Shown here: piece after piece, positions 36,190-46,203 of the stretch
How positions within the stretch are numbered: the stretch's first letter is position 1
Layout of the letters: each line of letters begins with the position of its first letter
Source: Defluviitaleaceae bacterium
Lineage (GTDB): Bacteria; Bacillota; Clostridia; Lachnospirales; UBA5962
NCBI GenBank assembly: GCA_009778165.1
Contig: WRKF01000188.1
Coordinates: 61 to 64,060 of the forward strand
Reading direction: 5' to 3'
Length of the DNA stretch: 64,000 nt
Notes under the pieces: model-generated
Databases searched by the model: none
Seen by the model: the letters and a program-made list of their open reading frames with translations, nothing else
Told to the model about the DNA's origin: nothing
Translations under genes and position numbers: made by a program

Positions 36190-38202
36190 ATGAATCAAAA
36201 TAAAGCTATTAGTGAAGCGATGGAAATAAAATTGGACAATATTTTACCAAAATACCCGGAGTTTGTGGAGGGAATACGACGAGCCCCGAGCCGTGGTTTT
36301 AGACTCACAAAAACCCAAACAGAAACTGCTCTAAAAAACGCACTGCGCTATATCCCGGAAGAGTTGCACAAGGATTTAGCAGAGGAGTTTTTGGACGAGC
36401 TTGTTACGTATGGACGCATATATGCTTACCGATACAGACCACAGGGTCGGCTCTATGGCAAACCTATAAATGAATACAAGGGCAACTGTATAGAGGGCAA
36501 GGCTTTTCAGGTAATGATAGATAACAACTTGGACTTTGAAACGGCGCTGTACCCTTATGAGCTTGTAACGTATGGTGAAACGGGCAGTGTTTTTGCTAAC
36601 TGGATGCAATATCGGCTGGTCATAAAATATCTGGAAACAATGACTAGAGAGCAAACTCTTGTCATTGCTAGCGGTCACCCCGTTGGGCTGTTTCCATCCA
36701 AACCACAAGCTCCAAGGGTTATTATAACAAATGCCCTTATGGTGGGCATGTTTGACAACATACACGACTGGGAGGTAGCCCAGCAGATGGGAGTTAGCAA
36801 CTATGGGCAGATGACTGCCGGGGGATGGATGTATATTGGTCCACAGGGGATTGTACACGGCACATTTAACACTTTGCTAAACGCCGGAAGGCTAAAGTTG
36901 GGGCTTGCTCAAAATGAGGATTTGCGAGGGAAGCTGTTCGTTACAAGCGGGTTAGGTGGTATGAGCGGTGCGCAGCCAAAAGCTATAGAAATAGCGAACG
37001 GTGTTGGAATAATAGCCGAGGTGGACGAATCCCGTATTAAAACCAGGCACGAGCAGGGTTGGGTTAGTATAATGTCTGCCGACCTTGCAGAGGTATTTAA
37101 AACCGCTGCCGAGTATTTGTCCGAGAAAAAGACTATATCCATTGGCTACCACGGCAATATTGTGGATTTATTACAATATGCAGTAGACAACAATATTCAT
37201 ATAGATTTGCTTAGTGACCAAACAAGTTGCCACAACGCATACGACGGTGGCTACTGCCCTCAAATCCCCTTTGAAGAGCGAACAAAGATGCTCGCAGAAG
37301 ATAGGGACAAGTTTGTTTCCTTGGTCAACGAAACGTTGGTCAAACATTATAAGCTCATAGGGGAGCTTTCCAAAAGGGGTACGTACTTTTTTGACTATGG
37401 CAACTCTTTTTTGAAGGCTGTGTATGACGCAGGAGTTACAGAAGTTTCTAAAAATGGTATAGACGAAAAAGATGGCTTTGTGTATCCAAGTTATGTAGAG
37501 GACATTTTAGGACCGGAGCTGTTTGATTATGGTTACGGTCCATTTAGATGGGTTTGTTTGTCCGGGGATCCACAGGATTTGCAAAAAACGGACAAAGCGG
37601 CAATGGAGTGCATAGACAAAGACAGAAGAGGGCAGGATTATGACAACTATGTATGGGTTCGTGATGCACAAAAAAATAATATGGTGGTAGGTACACAGGC
37701 TCGTATACTTTACCAGGATGCAGAGGGCAGAACGAAGATAGCTCTAAAGTTTAACGAGATGGTAAAAAACGGAGAGATAGGGCCGATAATGTTGGGTCGA
37801 GACCATCACGATGTTAGCGGCACAGATTCTCCCTTTAGGGAAACAAGCAATATACACGATGGGAGCAATATAATGGCAGATATGGCTACCCATTGCTTTG
37901 CAGGCAATGCCGCCAGAGGAATGAGCCTCATCGCCCTTCACAACGGGGGCGGAGTTGGTATAGGCAAGGCAATTAACGGCGGGTTTGGTATGGTGCTGGA
38001 CGGTAGCGACAACGCAGCAAAAACAATAGAGTCCGCAATGATGTGGGATGTTATGGGTGGAGTCGCCAGACGCTCGTGGGCAAGAAACCCAAACAGCATA
38101 ACAACATCTATAGAGTATAACAAAAAAGGGCAGGGGCATATTACACTCCCATATATCCCGCAAAATGAGGTTATCGAAAAAGCCATAGCCAAAAAGTTTT
38201 AA
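36190..38202 (+). CDS. hutU: Urocanate hydratase (long form)
   Basis: YRYRPQGRLYG..., TAGGWMYIGPQGIVHGT, LGRDHHDVSGTDSPFRETSN. I chose ATG 36190 behind GGAGGA; the ORF track starts at 36175. Confidence 0.92.
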   Translation: MNQNKAISEAMEIKLDNILPKYPEFVEGIRRAPSRGFRLTKTQTETALKNALRYIPEELHKDLAEEFLDELVTYGRIYAYRYRPQGRLYGKPINEYKGNCIEGKAFQVMIDNNLDFETALYPYELVTYGETGSVFANWMQYRLVIKYLETMTREQTLVIASGHPVGLFPSKPQAPRVIITNALMVGMFDNIHDWEVAQQMGVSNYGQMTAGGWMYIGPQGIVHGTFNTLLNAGRLKLGLAQNEDLRGKLFVTSGLGGMSGAQPKAIEIANGVGIIAEVDESRIKTRHEQGWVSIMSADLAEVFKTAAEYLSEKKTISIGYHGNIVDLLQYAVDNNIHIDLLSDQTSCHNAYDGGYCPQIPFEERTKMLAEDRDKFVSLVNETLVKHYKLIGELSKRGTYFFDYGNSFLKAVYDAGVTEVSKNGIDEKDGFVYPSYVEDILGPELFDYGYGPFRWVCLSGDPQDLQKTDKAAMECIDKDRRGQDYDNYVWVRDAQKNNMVVGTQARILYQDAEGRTKIALKFNEMVKNGEIGPIMLGRDHHDVSGTDSPFRETSNIHDGSNIMADMATHCFAGNAARGMSLIALHNGGGVGIGKAINGGFGMVLDGSDNAAKTIESAMMWDVMGGVARRSWARNPNSITTSIEYNKKGQGHITLPYIPQNEVIEKAIAKKF

Positions 38203-38361
38203 ACCTTTAAACTATGTAACCAAAATTTCGCATTAAAGTAACAGGAAATTAATTGACACAAAAAGAATACGTGTAGTATAATGGCAATATATAACTATTA
38301 ACAGTGGGCAATGTCATTTCTTGCTTACACCCAATGCAGTATTATTATAGGAGGTTTTTAA

Positions 38362-39405
38362 ATGTCTAAAATGAAGAAAAAAATTGCAAAACTTGCAATA
38401 GTTGCACTCTTGTTAACTATTGCGACAAGTGTATATGCAAACGATGACTATCAAGCTGACTTCGAGTTTGATTTTCAAGCACCACCAAGCAACTTTTTGT
38501 CTGTATCCGGTGAAATAGTGGAAGTGGATGGCGACATACTAACAATAGAAGGGGAGCAGGGTGTGGCACGTTTAAACATCAGCGATTCCGTTTTTGTTGG
38601 TTTTGAGCTTTTACAAGAAACTACTATTGGGCAGGCAGTAACAGGCTACTTTTTTGCATGGGGTGCTATGCCACTCATTTACCCGCCACTATACACCATA
38701 GTTGTTTTGGTTAATCCCGAAACCGAACACCACAGCACAAAAGTTGACCTATTCATAGACATAGACGGTAGGCTAACAAGTGTGGACAACCAGTTAGTTA
38801 TCAACACGGAAGACTCCATAATAGTTGACTATGATTTTGAACCTTTTGAAGGAGATCTTGCCGGACGCAACCTGGTTGTAATGTACAGTGTAGCCACACG
38901 CAGTATACCTGCTATAACAAACCCGGATTTGGTTATGGTATTACCTGTAGTGGGAATAACGCCGGAGGTAACTCCTGACATAACCCCAATGCTACCCGAC
39001 CCCGACCAACTAGAAGGGCTTATGCCAACATTACCTGTTTTGAACTATGAACCGGACTGGGCCAACTACCCCATTATTATAGAAGGGGTTGGGCTGTACC
39101 AAGTGGACTTTCACATGACAGAAACCGAGGTTTTTGTACCATTACGCAGAGTCGTGGAAACCATGGGAGCAATAGTAATTTGGAATCCGGACACCGGTCA
39201 GATAAATGTAAATAACATAACTATCACTATAAACTCCAATGAATTTATTTTAGATGATCAAACTGTTACCCTGCTTTCTCCGGCAATCTTGATAGGGCAT
39301 ACAACATATGTTCCCATCAGTTTCTTTAGAGAGCTAATGGGTTTCAACAACGCCTACTTTGAAGGCGGTCATGTTCAAATAAACAACTTTGAGCTAATGC
39401 AATAA
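38362..39405 (+). CDS. Secreted protein with a C-terminal copper-amine-oxidase-N-terminal-like (stalk) domain
   Basis: Signal peptide MSKMKKKIAKLAIVALLLTIATSVYA. The C-terminus (VFVPLRRVVETMGAIVIWNPDTGQINV...TTYVPISFFRELMG) is typical of that clostridial domain. Confidence 0.65.
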   Translation: MSKMKKKIAKLAIVALLLTIATSVYANDDYQADFEFDFQAPPSNFLSVSGEIVEVDGDILTIEGEQGVARLNISDSVFVGFELLQETTIGQAVTGYFFAWGAMPLIYPPLYTIVVLVNPETEHHSTKVDLFIDIDGRLTSVDNQLVINTEDSIIVDYDFEPFEGDLAGRNLVVMYSVATRSIPAITNPDLVMVLPVVGITPEVTPDITPMLPDPDQLEGLMPTLPVLNYEPDWANYPIIIEGVGLYQVDFHMTETEVFVPLRRVVETMGAIVIWNPDTGQINVNNITITINSNEFILDDQTVTLLSPAILIGHTTYVPISFFRELMGFNNAYFEGGHVQINNFELMQ

Positions 39406-39417
39406 CAAATATATGCA

Positions 39418-39448
39418 TAGAGTCGATTAGCTAAGTTAATCGACTCTA
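39418..39448. terminator. Bidirectional terminator hairpin between convergent genes
   Basis: 12-bp perfect stem TAGAGTCGATTA / TAATCGACTCTA with a 7-nt loop. It overlaps the stop codon of the M48 gene. Confidence 0.5.
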
Positions 39449-40120
39449 CTCCCAATTTTCTTGCACAAGCCTTTTCTCTAACTGATTTAACCGCAAATTA
39501 CATTCTCTGTAATTTGGCATTATATTTTCTACAATATCCCAAAACATGCGTGAATGATTCAATTCCAGCAAATGTGCCAGTTCATGTACAATCACATAAT
39601 CTATCACATCATCATCCGCCATAATGAGCCGCCAAGAAAAATTAATATTTTTTTTGTGTGAGCAACTTCCCCAACGAGTTTTTGCGTTGTTTATTTTTAC
39701 CTTGGCGGGGGTAACTCCCATTAGCTCCGCATACACCGCTGTTCTATCTATAATATGGATTCTAGCAAGATGCCGATACGTGGCTACACATATAGCCTTT
39801 ATTGTGTCTGACTCAAGATTTGGAGGCAAATAAAAGCACCTACCTTCAAATTCCGGTTGTGTTACATCTTTTGCCACAATAGAGTACGCTACCCCACGGT
39901 ACATAATTGTATCGCCGTAGTTTAGAGCAAAGGTTCTCTTTTTTTCTATCCGTTTTTGCAGTTCGTTAAGTTTGCTGTTTATCCATTCCTCTTTAGACAT
40001 AACAAACTCGTCAACTTTTGCACGGGGGTATTTTAGCGGCACTCTAACCTCTACCCCTTCGGGTTTTATATGCAGGCTCGCAGTTTTGCGCCTGGAACGT
40101 ATTAAAGTATATTCAATCAT
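39446..40120 (-). CDS. M48/YgjP-family (DUF45, WLM-like) zinc metallopeptidase
   Basis: 224-aa ORF with RWGSCS...NINFSWRL and HExxH motif VHELAHLLELNHS. Confidence 0.85.
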   Translation of the reverse strand: MIEYTLIRSRRKTASLHIKPEGVEVRVPLKYPRAKVDEFVMSKEEWINSKLNELQKRIEKKRTFALNYGDTIMYRGVAYSIVAKDVTQPEFEGRCFYLPPNLESDTIKAICVATYRHLARIHIIDRTAVYAELMGVTPAKVKINNAKTRWGSCSHKKNINFSWRLIMADDDVIDYVIVHELAHLLELNHSRMFWDIVENIMPNYRECNLRLNQLEKRLVQENWE

Positions 40121-40947
40121 AATGCGTAATGTTCCTTATTATGTTCTCGCAAATCTCTTAACAAAAATACAAACAATGGAACAAAAATTAAGCTAAGAAC
40201 CCCCATCACAACTACAGTCATTATTGGAGAGGGTTGCTGATAGTATGGAATCTGCTCCGCCTCTTCCAATAGCTCTTGCGGTATGCTAAATATGAGAATT
40301 GTGTTAAACCCATTAATAACAAAATGAGCGATGATCGGGGCTAAAATAGAGCCGGTATAGTACAAAAAGTAGGAAAAAAGCACACCAAGGGCAAACGCAT
40401 AAAAGAACTGCTGTAAATTCATGTGTATAATACCAAAAAACAAGCCGTTCAAGAGAGCCGCTTTTTTTATGGGCAAATGTGCAAATTCTTTGTAAACTGC
40501 ACCCCTAAACATAAGCTCTTCAAATAGGGAAGGGGCGACCCCTATTGCTAAAAGAGCCAACCATAAGGGATAGTTTGCAGTAACATGTGTCAATACCTCG
40601 GCAACATAGTTTGTTACAAACAAAGACGTTACAGCAGACAAAAAGCCAGCCATGGGCAATGTAGTGAAGGTAATACCCACAATCAAGCAGAGGTTTTTTA
40701 AACCAAGAGGACGCAAAGGCAAAACGTCTGTCACTCTTTGTTTGGTTAACACCAAATATGCAACAAATGGCACAAAAAACATAATTACCTGAAAAATAAT
40801 AGTAAGGTGTGCAAAGCCGGGGCCAATATTTAGCAAATTAATTAAAGCACCGGCGAAAACGGTTACCACAACAATATAAATTATTAAAAAAAATACCAGC
40901 TTATAGCCACGCGGAATTTTGCTCATAAAGATTGCACCTTCTTTCAA
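40117..40947 (-). CDS. CPBP family intramembrane glutamic endopeptidase (CAAX protease / Abi fold)
   Basis: Polytopic protein with EELMFRG, FGIIHMN and HFVINGFN motifs. It overlaps both neighbours by 4 nt. Confidence 0.85.
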   Translation of the reverse strand: MKEGAIFMSKIPRGYKLVFFLIIYIVVVTVFAGALINLLNIGPGFAHLTIIFQVIMFFVPFVAYLVLTKQRVTDVLPLRPLGLKNLCLIVGITFTTLPMAGFLSAVTSLFVTNYVAEVLTHVTANYPLWLALLAIGVAPSLFEELMFRGAVYKEFAHLPIKKAALLNGLFFGIIHMNLQQFFYAFALGVLFSYFLYYTGSILAPIIAHFVINGFNTILIFSIPQELLEEAEQIPYYQQPSPIMTVVVMGVLSLIFVPLFVFLLRDLREHNKEHYAL

Positions 40948-41480
40948 TTCAAAACAGTCTTGTATCTCACATCTATAGCCCTGTAAAGCACAACTGGTTC
41001 AACCTCTACAGCAAACCTGCCAATGCTTGCCTCGGTAGTTACTGTTATATGCAACAGTTGAGTGTTTGTGTCGTGGATAATCTCTACATCTGCTATATAG
41101 CGGGCTACTTCTTGAGTGCCTAGACCGACACCCTGCCCCCCAAACATTAGCCTATTGTTTGGGGGGGTAACAGGGCGAAAGTTTATAACCCGCTGGTGGG
41201 CTTGCGGTGTGTTGCGGTTAATAAACATATCTATTCGTTGCAGTGTGCCGTTATTTTCCGTTTGCAAATCTATTGACTGAGCCTCACTAATATGGGTTGT
41301 CAAAAACTCCATCGATATTGTAGCGTGGTGAAAAAGTTCTTGCCGCACTGTAGCACGTGCATTTGCTGTAGCCACATATGTGCTAAGGTTAATTGCCCCA
41401 AGGAGCAAAATCGTTGTAACAGCCATTGCTATAGTCAACTCCAAAAGGGTAAAGCCTTTTGTGCGATTATTTTTTCTCAT
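40944..41480 (-). CDS. Prepilin-type N-terminal cleavage/methylation domain protein (pseudopilin)
   Basis: Class III signal MRKNNRTKG|FTLLELTIAMAVTTILLLGA; 178 aa. Confidence 0.8.
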   Translation of the reverse strand: MRKNNRTKGFTLLELTIAMAVTTILLLGAINLSTYVATANARATVRQELFHHATISMEFLTTHISEAQSIDLQTENNGTLQRIDMFINRNTPQAHQRVINFRPVTPPNNRLMFGGQGVGLGTQEVARYIADVEIIHDTNTQLLHITVTTEASIGRFAVEVEPVVLYRAIDVRYKTVLN

Positions 41481-42649
41481 AGCATCCCCGTTAGTTCGAA
41501 AGTAGGTAACATTATTGCAAGCATTATAAACAACAATATCAACCCCATCACTATTGTTAAGACAGGTTCTATAAGCCGTTTAAGTCTGGTAAATGCAATG
41601 TTCTGTTCTTTTTCAAAAAAAAGGGAACATTTTTCCAACGTTTCGGGTAATTTCCCGGTGTTTTCTCCTAGCTCTACCATGCTTTTCAAAAGAGGAGGAA
41701 AGTTGTACCTAAGAGCAGTACCGAGTCTCTCTCCTTCTTCTACATCTTTACGCATGTTTTGTATAATGTTTTTGTAATGCTGATTTTTCAACAACCCCTC
41801 ACAAGCACCAATGGCTTTGACCATAACCACTCCCGTTTCCAACATTACAGCTAGTGCAGAAGAAAAGCGAGCAGCACTTACAAGGGTAAAATATTTTTTT
41901 ATGAAAGGAATATGGAAAACCATCTTATCAAATTTCCGAAATTTCGCCAAAATTATTGTAAGCAAAACGGGTATTAACAGCAAAAATACCCTGCCGTTTA
42001 CAAAAAAATTGCTAACTGCAATGAGCCCGGTTGTAGCAGAAGGTAAATCCATATTTTGTGCCGCAAACATTTGTATAAAGTTAGGCACTAAATATGTCAT
42101 TGTAATACCAATTACAAAAACCATTGCAATAAAGGTAATGATAGGATAAAAAAGTATGTTAGCAATTTCCTGTTGAGAGGCAGCCTGTTTTTCATAATGC
42201 TTTTCCATTTTCAGTAAAATATCTCCGAGTTTTCCCGTTTCCTCTCCAATTTTTATCATATTGCACAACAACGGAGGAAAGGAGCAAGCCTCTACAGCGG
42301 CAGATATGTTTTCACCGTTAATTAATCTAGTACGAATATTTTCTAGCTCCTTTGCCAAGACTTTATTTGGGGCGGTGGTCAAGTTTAAATTGGTTAAGCT
42401 AACACCTGCGTTTATAAAAAAATACATGTGTCTGCAAAAAAAAGCTATATCTTGGCTAGAAAGCACTTGTGATTTAGAAAATACGATTTTGGTAAATAAG
42501 ACTTTTGTAAAAATATTTTGGGTTTTTACACTAATCACATGGTATCCCATTTCTTTTAGGGCTACTGTGGCTTCGGCTTGTGTGCTGGCAAAAACACTGC
42601 CTTTCATTATCGAATTTTCTTTTGTAGCTACTATATATTTAAATTTCAT
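41477..42649 (-). CDS. Type II secretion system F family platform protein (PilC/ComGB-like)
   Basis: 390-aa protein with two T2SSF repeats and three TM segments (GEETGKLGDIL..., GENTGKLPETL...). Confidence 0.87.
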   Translation of the reverse strand: MKFKYIVATKENSIMKGSVFASTQAEATVALKEMGYHVISVKTQNIFTKVLFTKIVFSKSQVLSSQDIAFFCRHMYFFINAGVSLTNLNLTTAPNKVLAKELENIRTRLINGENISAAVEACSFPPLLCNMIKIGEETGKLGDILLKMEKHYEKQAASQQEIANILFYPIITFIAMVFVIGITMTYLVPNFIQMFAAQNMDLPSATTGLIAVSNFFVNGRVFLLLIPVLLTIILAKFRKFDKMVFHIPFIKKYFTLVSAARFSSALAVMLETGVVMVKAIGACEGLLKNQHYKNIIQNMRKDVEEGERLGTALRYNFPPLLKSMVELGENTGKLPETLEKCSLFFEKEQNIAFTRLKRLIEPVLTIVMGLILLFIMLAIMLPTFELTGML

Positions 42650-44217
42650 AAAATTAAACTGTACACTTCCTCTAAAGATGTTTCTCCTGCCAATAAGTGT
42701 TCCATTGCTCTTTTAGCAAGAGTTTTAGGTGTTTCCCAACTGCCGGTTATTATATCTTTTTTAAGTTTGTCGCTCATTGTTACGATTTCATAAATGGCAA
42801 AGCGGTCAACAAATCCTGTGCCAAAACATTTTGGGCAACCCACTCTTTTGTATAAATTTTGTGGGCTGTAGCCCCTCTCTATGAGCCAAAGAGGCATGGG
42901 CTCCGGGGTTTTGCAGTGGGGACACAAACGCCGCAGCAACCTTTGGGAAATTATACCCCTTATTGCCTCTGTAAGGAGGTGTTTTTCTATACCCATATCT
43001 GTTAGGCGGGCAATTGTGCTTAGAGCATTGTTTGTGTGCAAAGTGCTAAGAACCAGGTGTCCCGTTATTGCGGCTCTTATCACAATTGCCGCGGTTTCTG
43101 TGTCTCGTATTTCCCCTATCATAATAATATCGGGATCTTGACGCAAAATATGGCGTAGCACAACAGAAAAATCAAGCCCTATTTTGGGGTTAATGGTAAC
43201 ATGGTTGATACCCTCCATAACATTCTCTACGGGATCCTCCACTGTTGTGATATTTATATCTTCTTTGTTAAGGTAAGTTAAAAAACTGGCAAGAGTTGTG
43301 GTTTTGCCACTTCCGGTGGGACCGGTAACGAGTATGGCACCGTTGGGATTTCTTAACATATCCTTTATTATTTGAGCATCTTCAACAAAAAAACCGAGGG
43401 TGCCTGCGTCTAACCCAAAGTTTAAGTTATGTTTATATATAAGGCGTAAAGCCACTTTTTCTCCAAAAATAGTAGGCAAAATACTAAGGCGAAAATCTAC
43501 ATCTTTGTGGCTGTCCATTTTAAAGCTACCATCTTTAGGAAAACGGCTTTCAGCAATATCCAAATTCGCCATAATTTTAAGGCGTGACAAAACATTGGTG
43601 AAAATATCACCAATAACGAGTGGTTGTCTTTTAAGGATTCCATTCACACGAAAACGCACAATAACACCGCTTTCGTTCGGTTCTATATGTATATCGCTGG
43701 CTTTTTGCAAAATAGCAGAATTAATAACACTCTCCACAATATCGGTAGCAGTATTTGACCCGGTGGTCGTTATGTTGCGGCTATAGTGTCTATCTATAAA
43801 TGACAATATTTGAGAGGGTTGTGCAAAAAACACAACAGTGCTTTTGCCGCAAATAAGAGAAATATCTTGTATTATCTGGTTGTTAAGAGGGTTAGCCATT
43901 GCTAAACCAATCTTGTTATCAGTACAAGGGAAAGCGAAAGCCCTGTGTTTTAGGGCTACAGCTTGAGGTATAATATCTGACAATGTATCACTTACTTCTG
44001 TCAAATCTTTTGTCTGGATAGAAAAATGAGTGGCCAATATTTCTTTTAAAACAGAGAAATCTACCAGCTTTTCCTGTAGCAAAAATTCTATCATGCTGGT
44101 TTCCGGCGTTTCCGTAAGATTTATGTTTTTAATATCTTCGATATTTTTGGTGCCTTTAATACCTTTGGTAGCGTAATCTATAAGTATTGATTTTAATTTT
44201 TCGTTTGGCATGTCCAT
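42646..44217 (-). CDS. GspE/PulE family assembly ATPase (PilB/ComGA-like)
   Basis: Walker A VTGPTGSGKTTTL, Asp box, DPDIIMIGEIRD, His box LVLSTLHTN, and tetracysteine CPHC...CPKC. Confidence 0.9.
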   Translation of the reverse strand: MDMPNEKLKSILIDYATKGIKGTKNIEDIKNINLTETPETSMIEFLLQEKLVDFSVLKEILATHFSIQTKDLTEVSDTLSDIIPQAVALKHRAFAFPCTDNKIGLAMANPLNNQIIQDISLICGKSTVVFFAQPSQILSFIDRHYSRNITTTGSNTATDIVESVINSAILQKASDIHIEPNESGVIVRFRVNGILKRQPLVIGDIFTNVLSRLKIMANLDIAESRFPKDGSFKMDSHKDVDFRLSILPTIFGEKVALRLIYKHNLNFGLDAGTLGFFVEDAQIIKDMLRNPNGAILVTGPTGSGKTTTLASFLTYLNKEDINITTVEDPVENVMEGINHVTINPKIGLDFSVVLRHILRQDPDIIMIGEIRDTETAAIVIRAAITGHLVLSTLHTNNALSTIARLTDMGIEKHLLTEAIRGIISQRLLRRLCPHCKTPEPMPLWLIERGYSPQNLYKRVGCPKCFGTGFVDRFAIYEIVTMSDKLKKDIITGSWETPKTLAKRAMEHLLAGETSLEEVYSLIL

Positions 44218-44240
44218 TTTTTTTATTTTATTATTTTATA

Positions 44241-44615
44241 TTATTTCTTGCCACCCTCAAGGTTTTTTAGTAAAATTTCCGCAGTGGCAAGATTGCTTGC
44301 TAAGGGTATATTGTGCATATCGCACAAACGCAATACAGAATCAATGTCCTGTTCGTAATAGTTTTCGTCTTCGGGATCTCGCAAAAAAATCACCAAATCC
44401 ATATTTCCATGGGTTATTTGTGTACCCAATTGATATTTGCCTCCCAGTTGCCCGGTAAGATATTTGTTTATGGATAGATTACTTGCTTCTTCTATTAGGC
44501 GGCCTGTTGTGCCTGTTGCAAACAAATTATGTTTAATTAAAACATGTCTGTAGGCAATGCACAAGTTTTCCATTAATTTCTTTTTACTGTCGTGTGCTAC
44601 AAAAGCAATGTTCAT
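44241..44615 (-). CDS. mgsA: Methylglyoxal synthase
   Basis: IAFVAHDSKKK..., LFATGTTGRLI, IFLRDP; 124 aa. Confidence 0.9.
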   Translation of the reverse strand: MNIAFVAHDSKKKLMENLCIAYRHVLIKHNLFATGTTGRLIEEASNLSINKYLTGQLGGKYQLGTQITHGNMDLVIFLRDPEDENYYEQDIDSVLRLCDMHNIPLASNLATAEILLKNLEGGKK

Positions 44616-45781
44616 CTATATCCCTCCTTGGAAAATTGTTTATTGGTTATGTGTATATTCATTACAATTCCCATGCTTATCATAAGAACCCACATGGAAC
44701 TGCCCCCATAACTAACAAAGGGTAGGGTGATGCCTGTGTTTGGTAAAATGTTTGTTACGACACCAACATGTATGAATGTTTGAAAAAACAGCATACCACA
44801 AACCCCGGCAGCGATAAGCATACCAACAAGAGTGTCTGCAAAGTGGGAAATAAGTAAACATTTTATAATCAAAATAAGTATAACAAACAACACAATATTT
44901 GCACCGATAAAGCCGAATTCTTCGCCAATAACAGCAAATATAAAGTCGTTGTGGGCTTCCGGCAATATTCCCATTTGGTTAATAATGCCGTTATACAGAC
45001 CTCGTCCGGAAAGCTGACCGCTACCCAGTGCAGTGCGAGCTTGTAATGTTTGGAATCCCGGATCTCCGATAAACTCTAACAATCTCCTTATTTGGAAATC
45101 GCTAATGAGCCTATCTATAAGGATAAAGTTACCTTGTCCTCGGCTAAGATCCAGGTAAAAAAGTGCACCTGCAGGTATAATTGCAGAAAGTGCCGTAAAA
45201 ATATATTTATAGCTAAGTCCGCCCAAAAAAAGCATAGTGGCGGATATTAGCAAAACAACCATGCTAGCGGAGAGAGAAGGTTGCTGAAAAATAAGGTATA
45301 CCGGAACAGCTATAAGCCCTGCAAGTCCCAACAGCACAAATATATTATTAATCTTTTCTTTGTATTTGTCAATAAAACCGGCAAGAAAAAGTATCATAAA
45401 TATTTTAGCGTATTGAGAAGGTTGTATACCAAACTGAGCTCCTCCAAAAGATATCATAAGCCCTCTGTTTACATTTGCGGCACCCGTGCCAAAAAAGTAA
45501 GTTAAAACCAGTAACAATAGGTTAAAACCGTAGATTGGCCAATAGAGCTTTGCGAGAAGTTTGTGGTTTATAAGGCTAAAAACAAAAAACATAATCAACC
45601 CACTAACGAACGCAAATTGTTGCTGTGCATGTAAAGATGAGTTTGGGTTTATGTGTATATTAGTCACACTACCTATTACGATAATGCCAAACACACAAAG
45701 ACCGCAAATTAACACGACCATAAGATAATCTATGGATAATAGGCTTTTCTTAAAGTACTCCAACACAAACATTAAAATCAC
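44612..45781 (-). CDS. rodA: FtsW/RodA/SpoVE family peptidoglycan polymerase (RodA by context)
   Basis: 389-aa polytopic protein with QPSQYAKI and PEAHNDFIFAVIGEEFG, located next to the min/mre genes. Confidence 0.87.
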   Translation of the reverse strand: MILMFVLEYFKKSLLSIDYLMVVLICGLCVFGIIVIGSVTNIHINPNSSLHAQQQFAFVSGLIMFFVFSLINHKLLAKLYWPIYGFNLLLLVLTYFFGTGAANVNRGLMISFGGAQFGIQPSQYAKIFMILFLAGFIDKYKEKINNIFVLLGLAGLIAVPVYLIFQQPSLSASMVVLLISATMLFLGGLSYKYIFTALSAIIPAGALFYLDLSRGQGNFILIDRLISDFQIRRLLEFIGDPGFQTLQARTALGSGQLSGRGLYNGIINQMGILPEAHNDFIFAVIGEEFGFIGANIVLFVILILIIKCLLISHFADTLVGMLIAAGVCGMLFFQTFIHVGVVTNILPNTGITLPFVSYGGSSMWVLMISMGIVMNIHITNKQFSKEGYR

Positions 45782-45829
45782 CTACCTTCAATCTCTTTTA
45801 AACATAAATATAAATAGCCGCCGTCGGAA

Positions 45830-45874
45830 GCCATTTAATTTAAAAATCATTTAGCAATTTTTGAATTAAATGGC
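45830..45874. repeat. Hairpin repeat family D, copy 1
   Basis: GCCATTTAATT...AATTAAATGGC followed by TATA. Related hairpins are at 47101-47126 and 56214-56255. Confidence 0.7.
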
Positions 45875-45930
45875 TATATCAGGCGAAACCTGATACTTGC
45901 GTCGCCTTTTTTGTTTTTTCAACACACCCA

Positions 45931-46194
45931 CTATCTTTTCATATTTTTAATTGGTATATTGGCATATAGCACAGGGCTTCCTCTACTATCGTCTGCCGAA
46001 GGAGTTATTTGTACATCAAAACCTTCGGTATCTATTTCCATATATTTAGAAATAACTCCTATTATGTCTTCTCGCAGAGCTTCTAACATGGCCTCGCTAC
46101 AGTTTATCCTGTCGGTAATAAGTACCAGTTTAAGCCGTTCTTTTGCTACTGTCTTTGAATTTTCTTTTTTTGATAAAAGGCGTAGTAAGTCCAT
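45931..46194 (-). CDS. minE: Cell division topological specificity factor MinE
   Basis: 87-aa ORF with SKTVAKERLKLVLITDR, directly downstream of minD. Confidence 0.9.
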   Translation of the reverse strand: MDLLRLLSKKENSKTVAKERLKLVLITDRINCSEAMLEALREDIIGVISKYMEIDTEGFDVQITPSADDSRGSPVLYANIPIKNMKR

Positions 46195-46203
46195 TGTATG
46201 CTC

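Noticed and set aside
36376-36858. 160-aa minus-strand ORF (and 37744-38192 ORFs) inside hutU
   Set aside because: They are antisense to a clearly identified urocanate hydratase and have no motifs or RBS.
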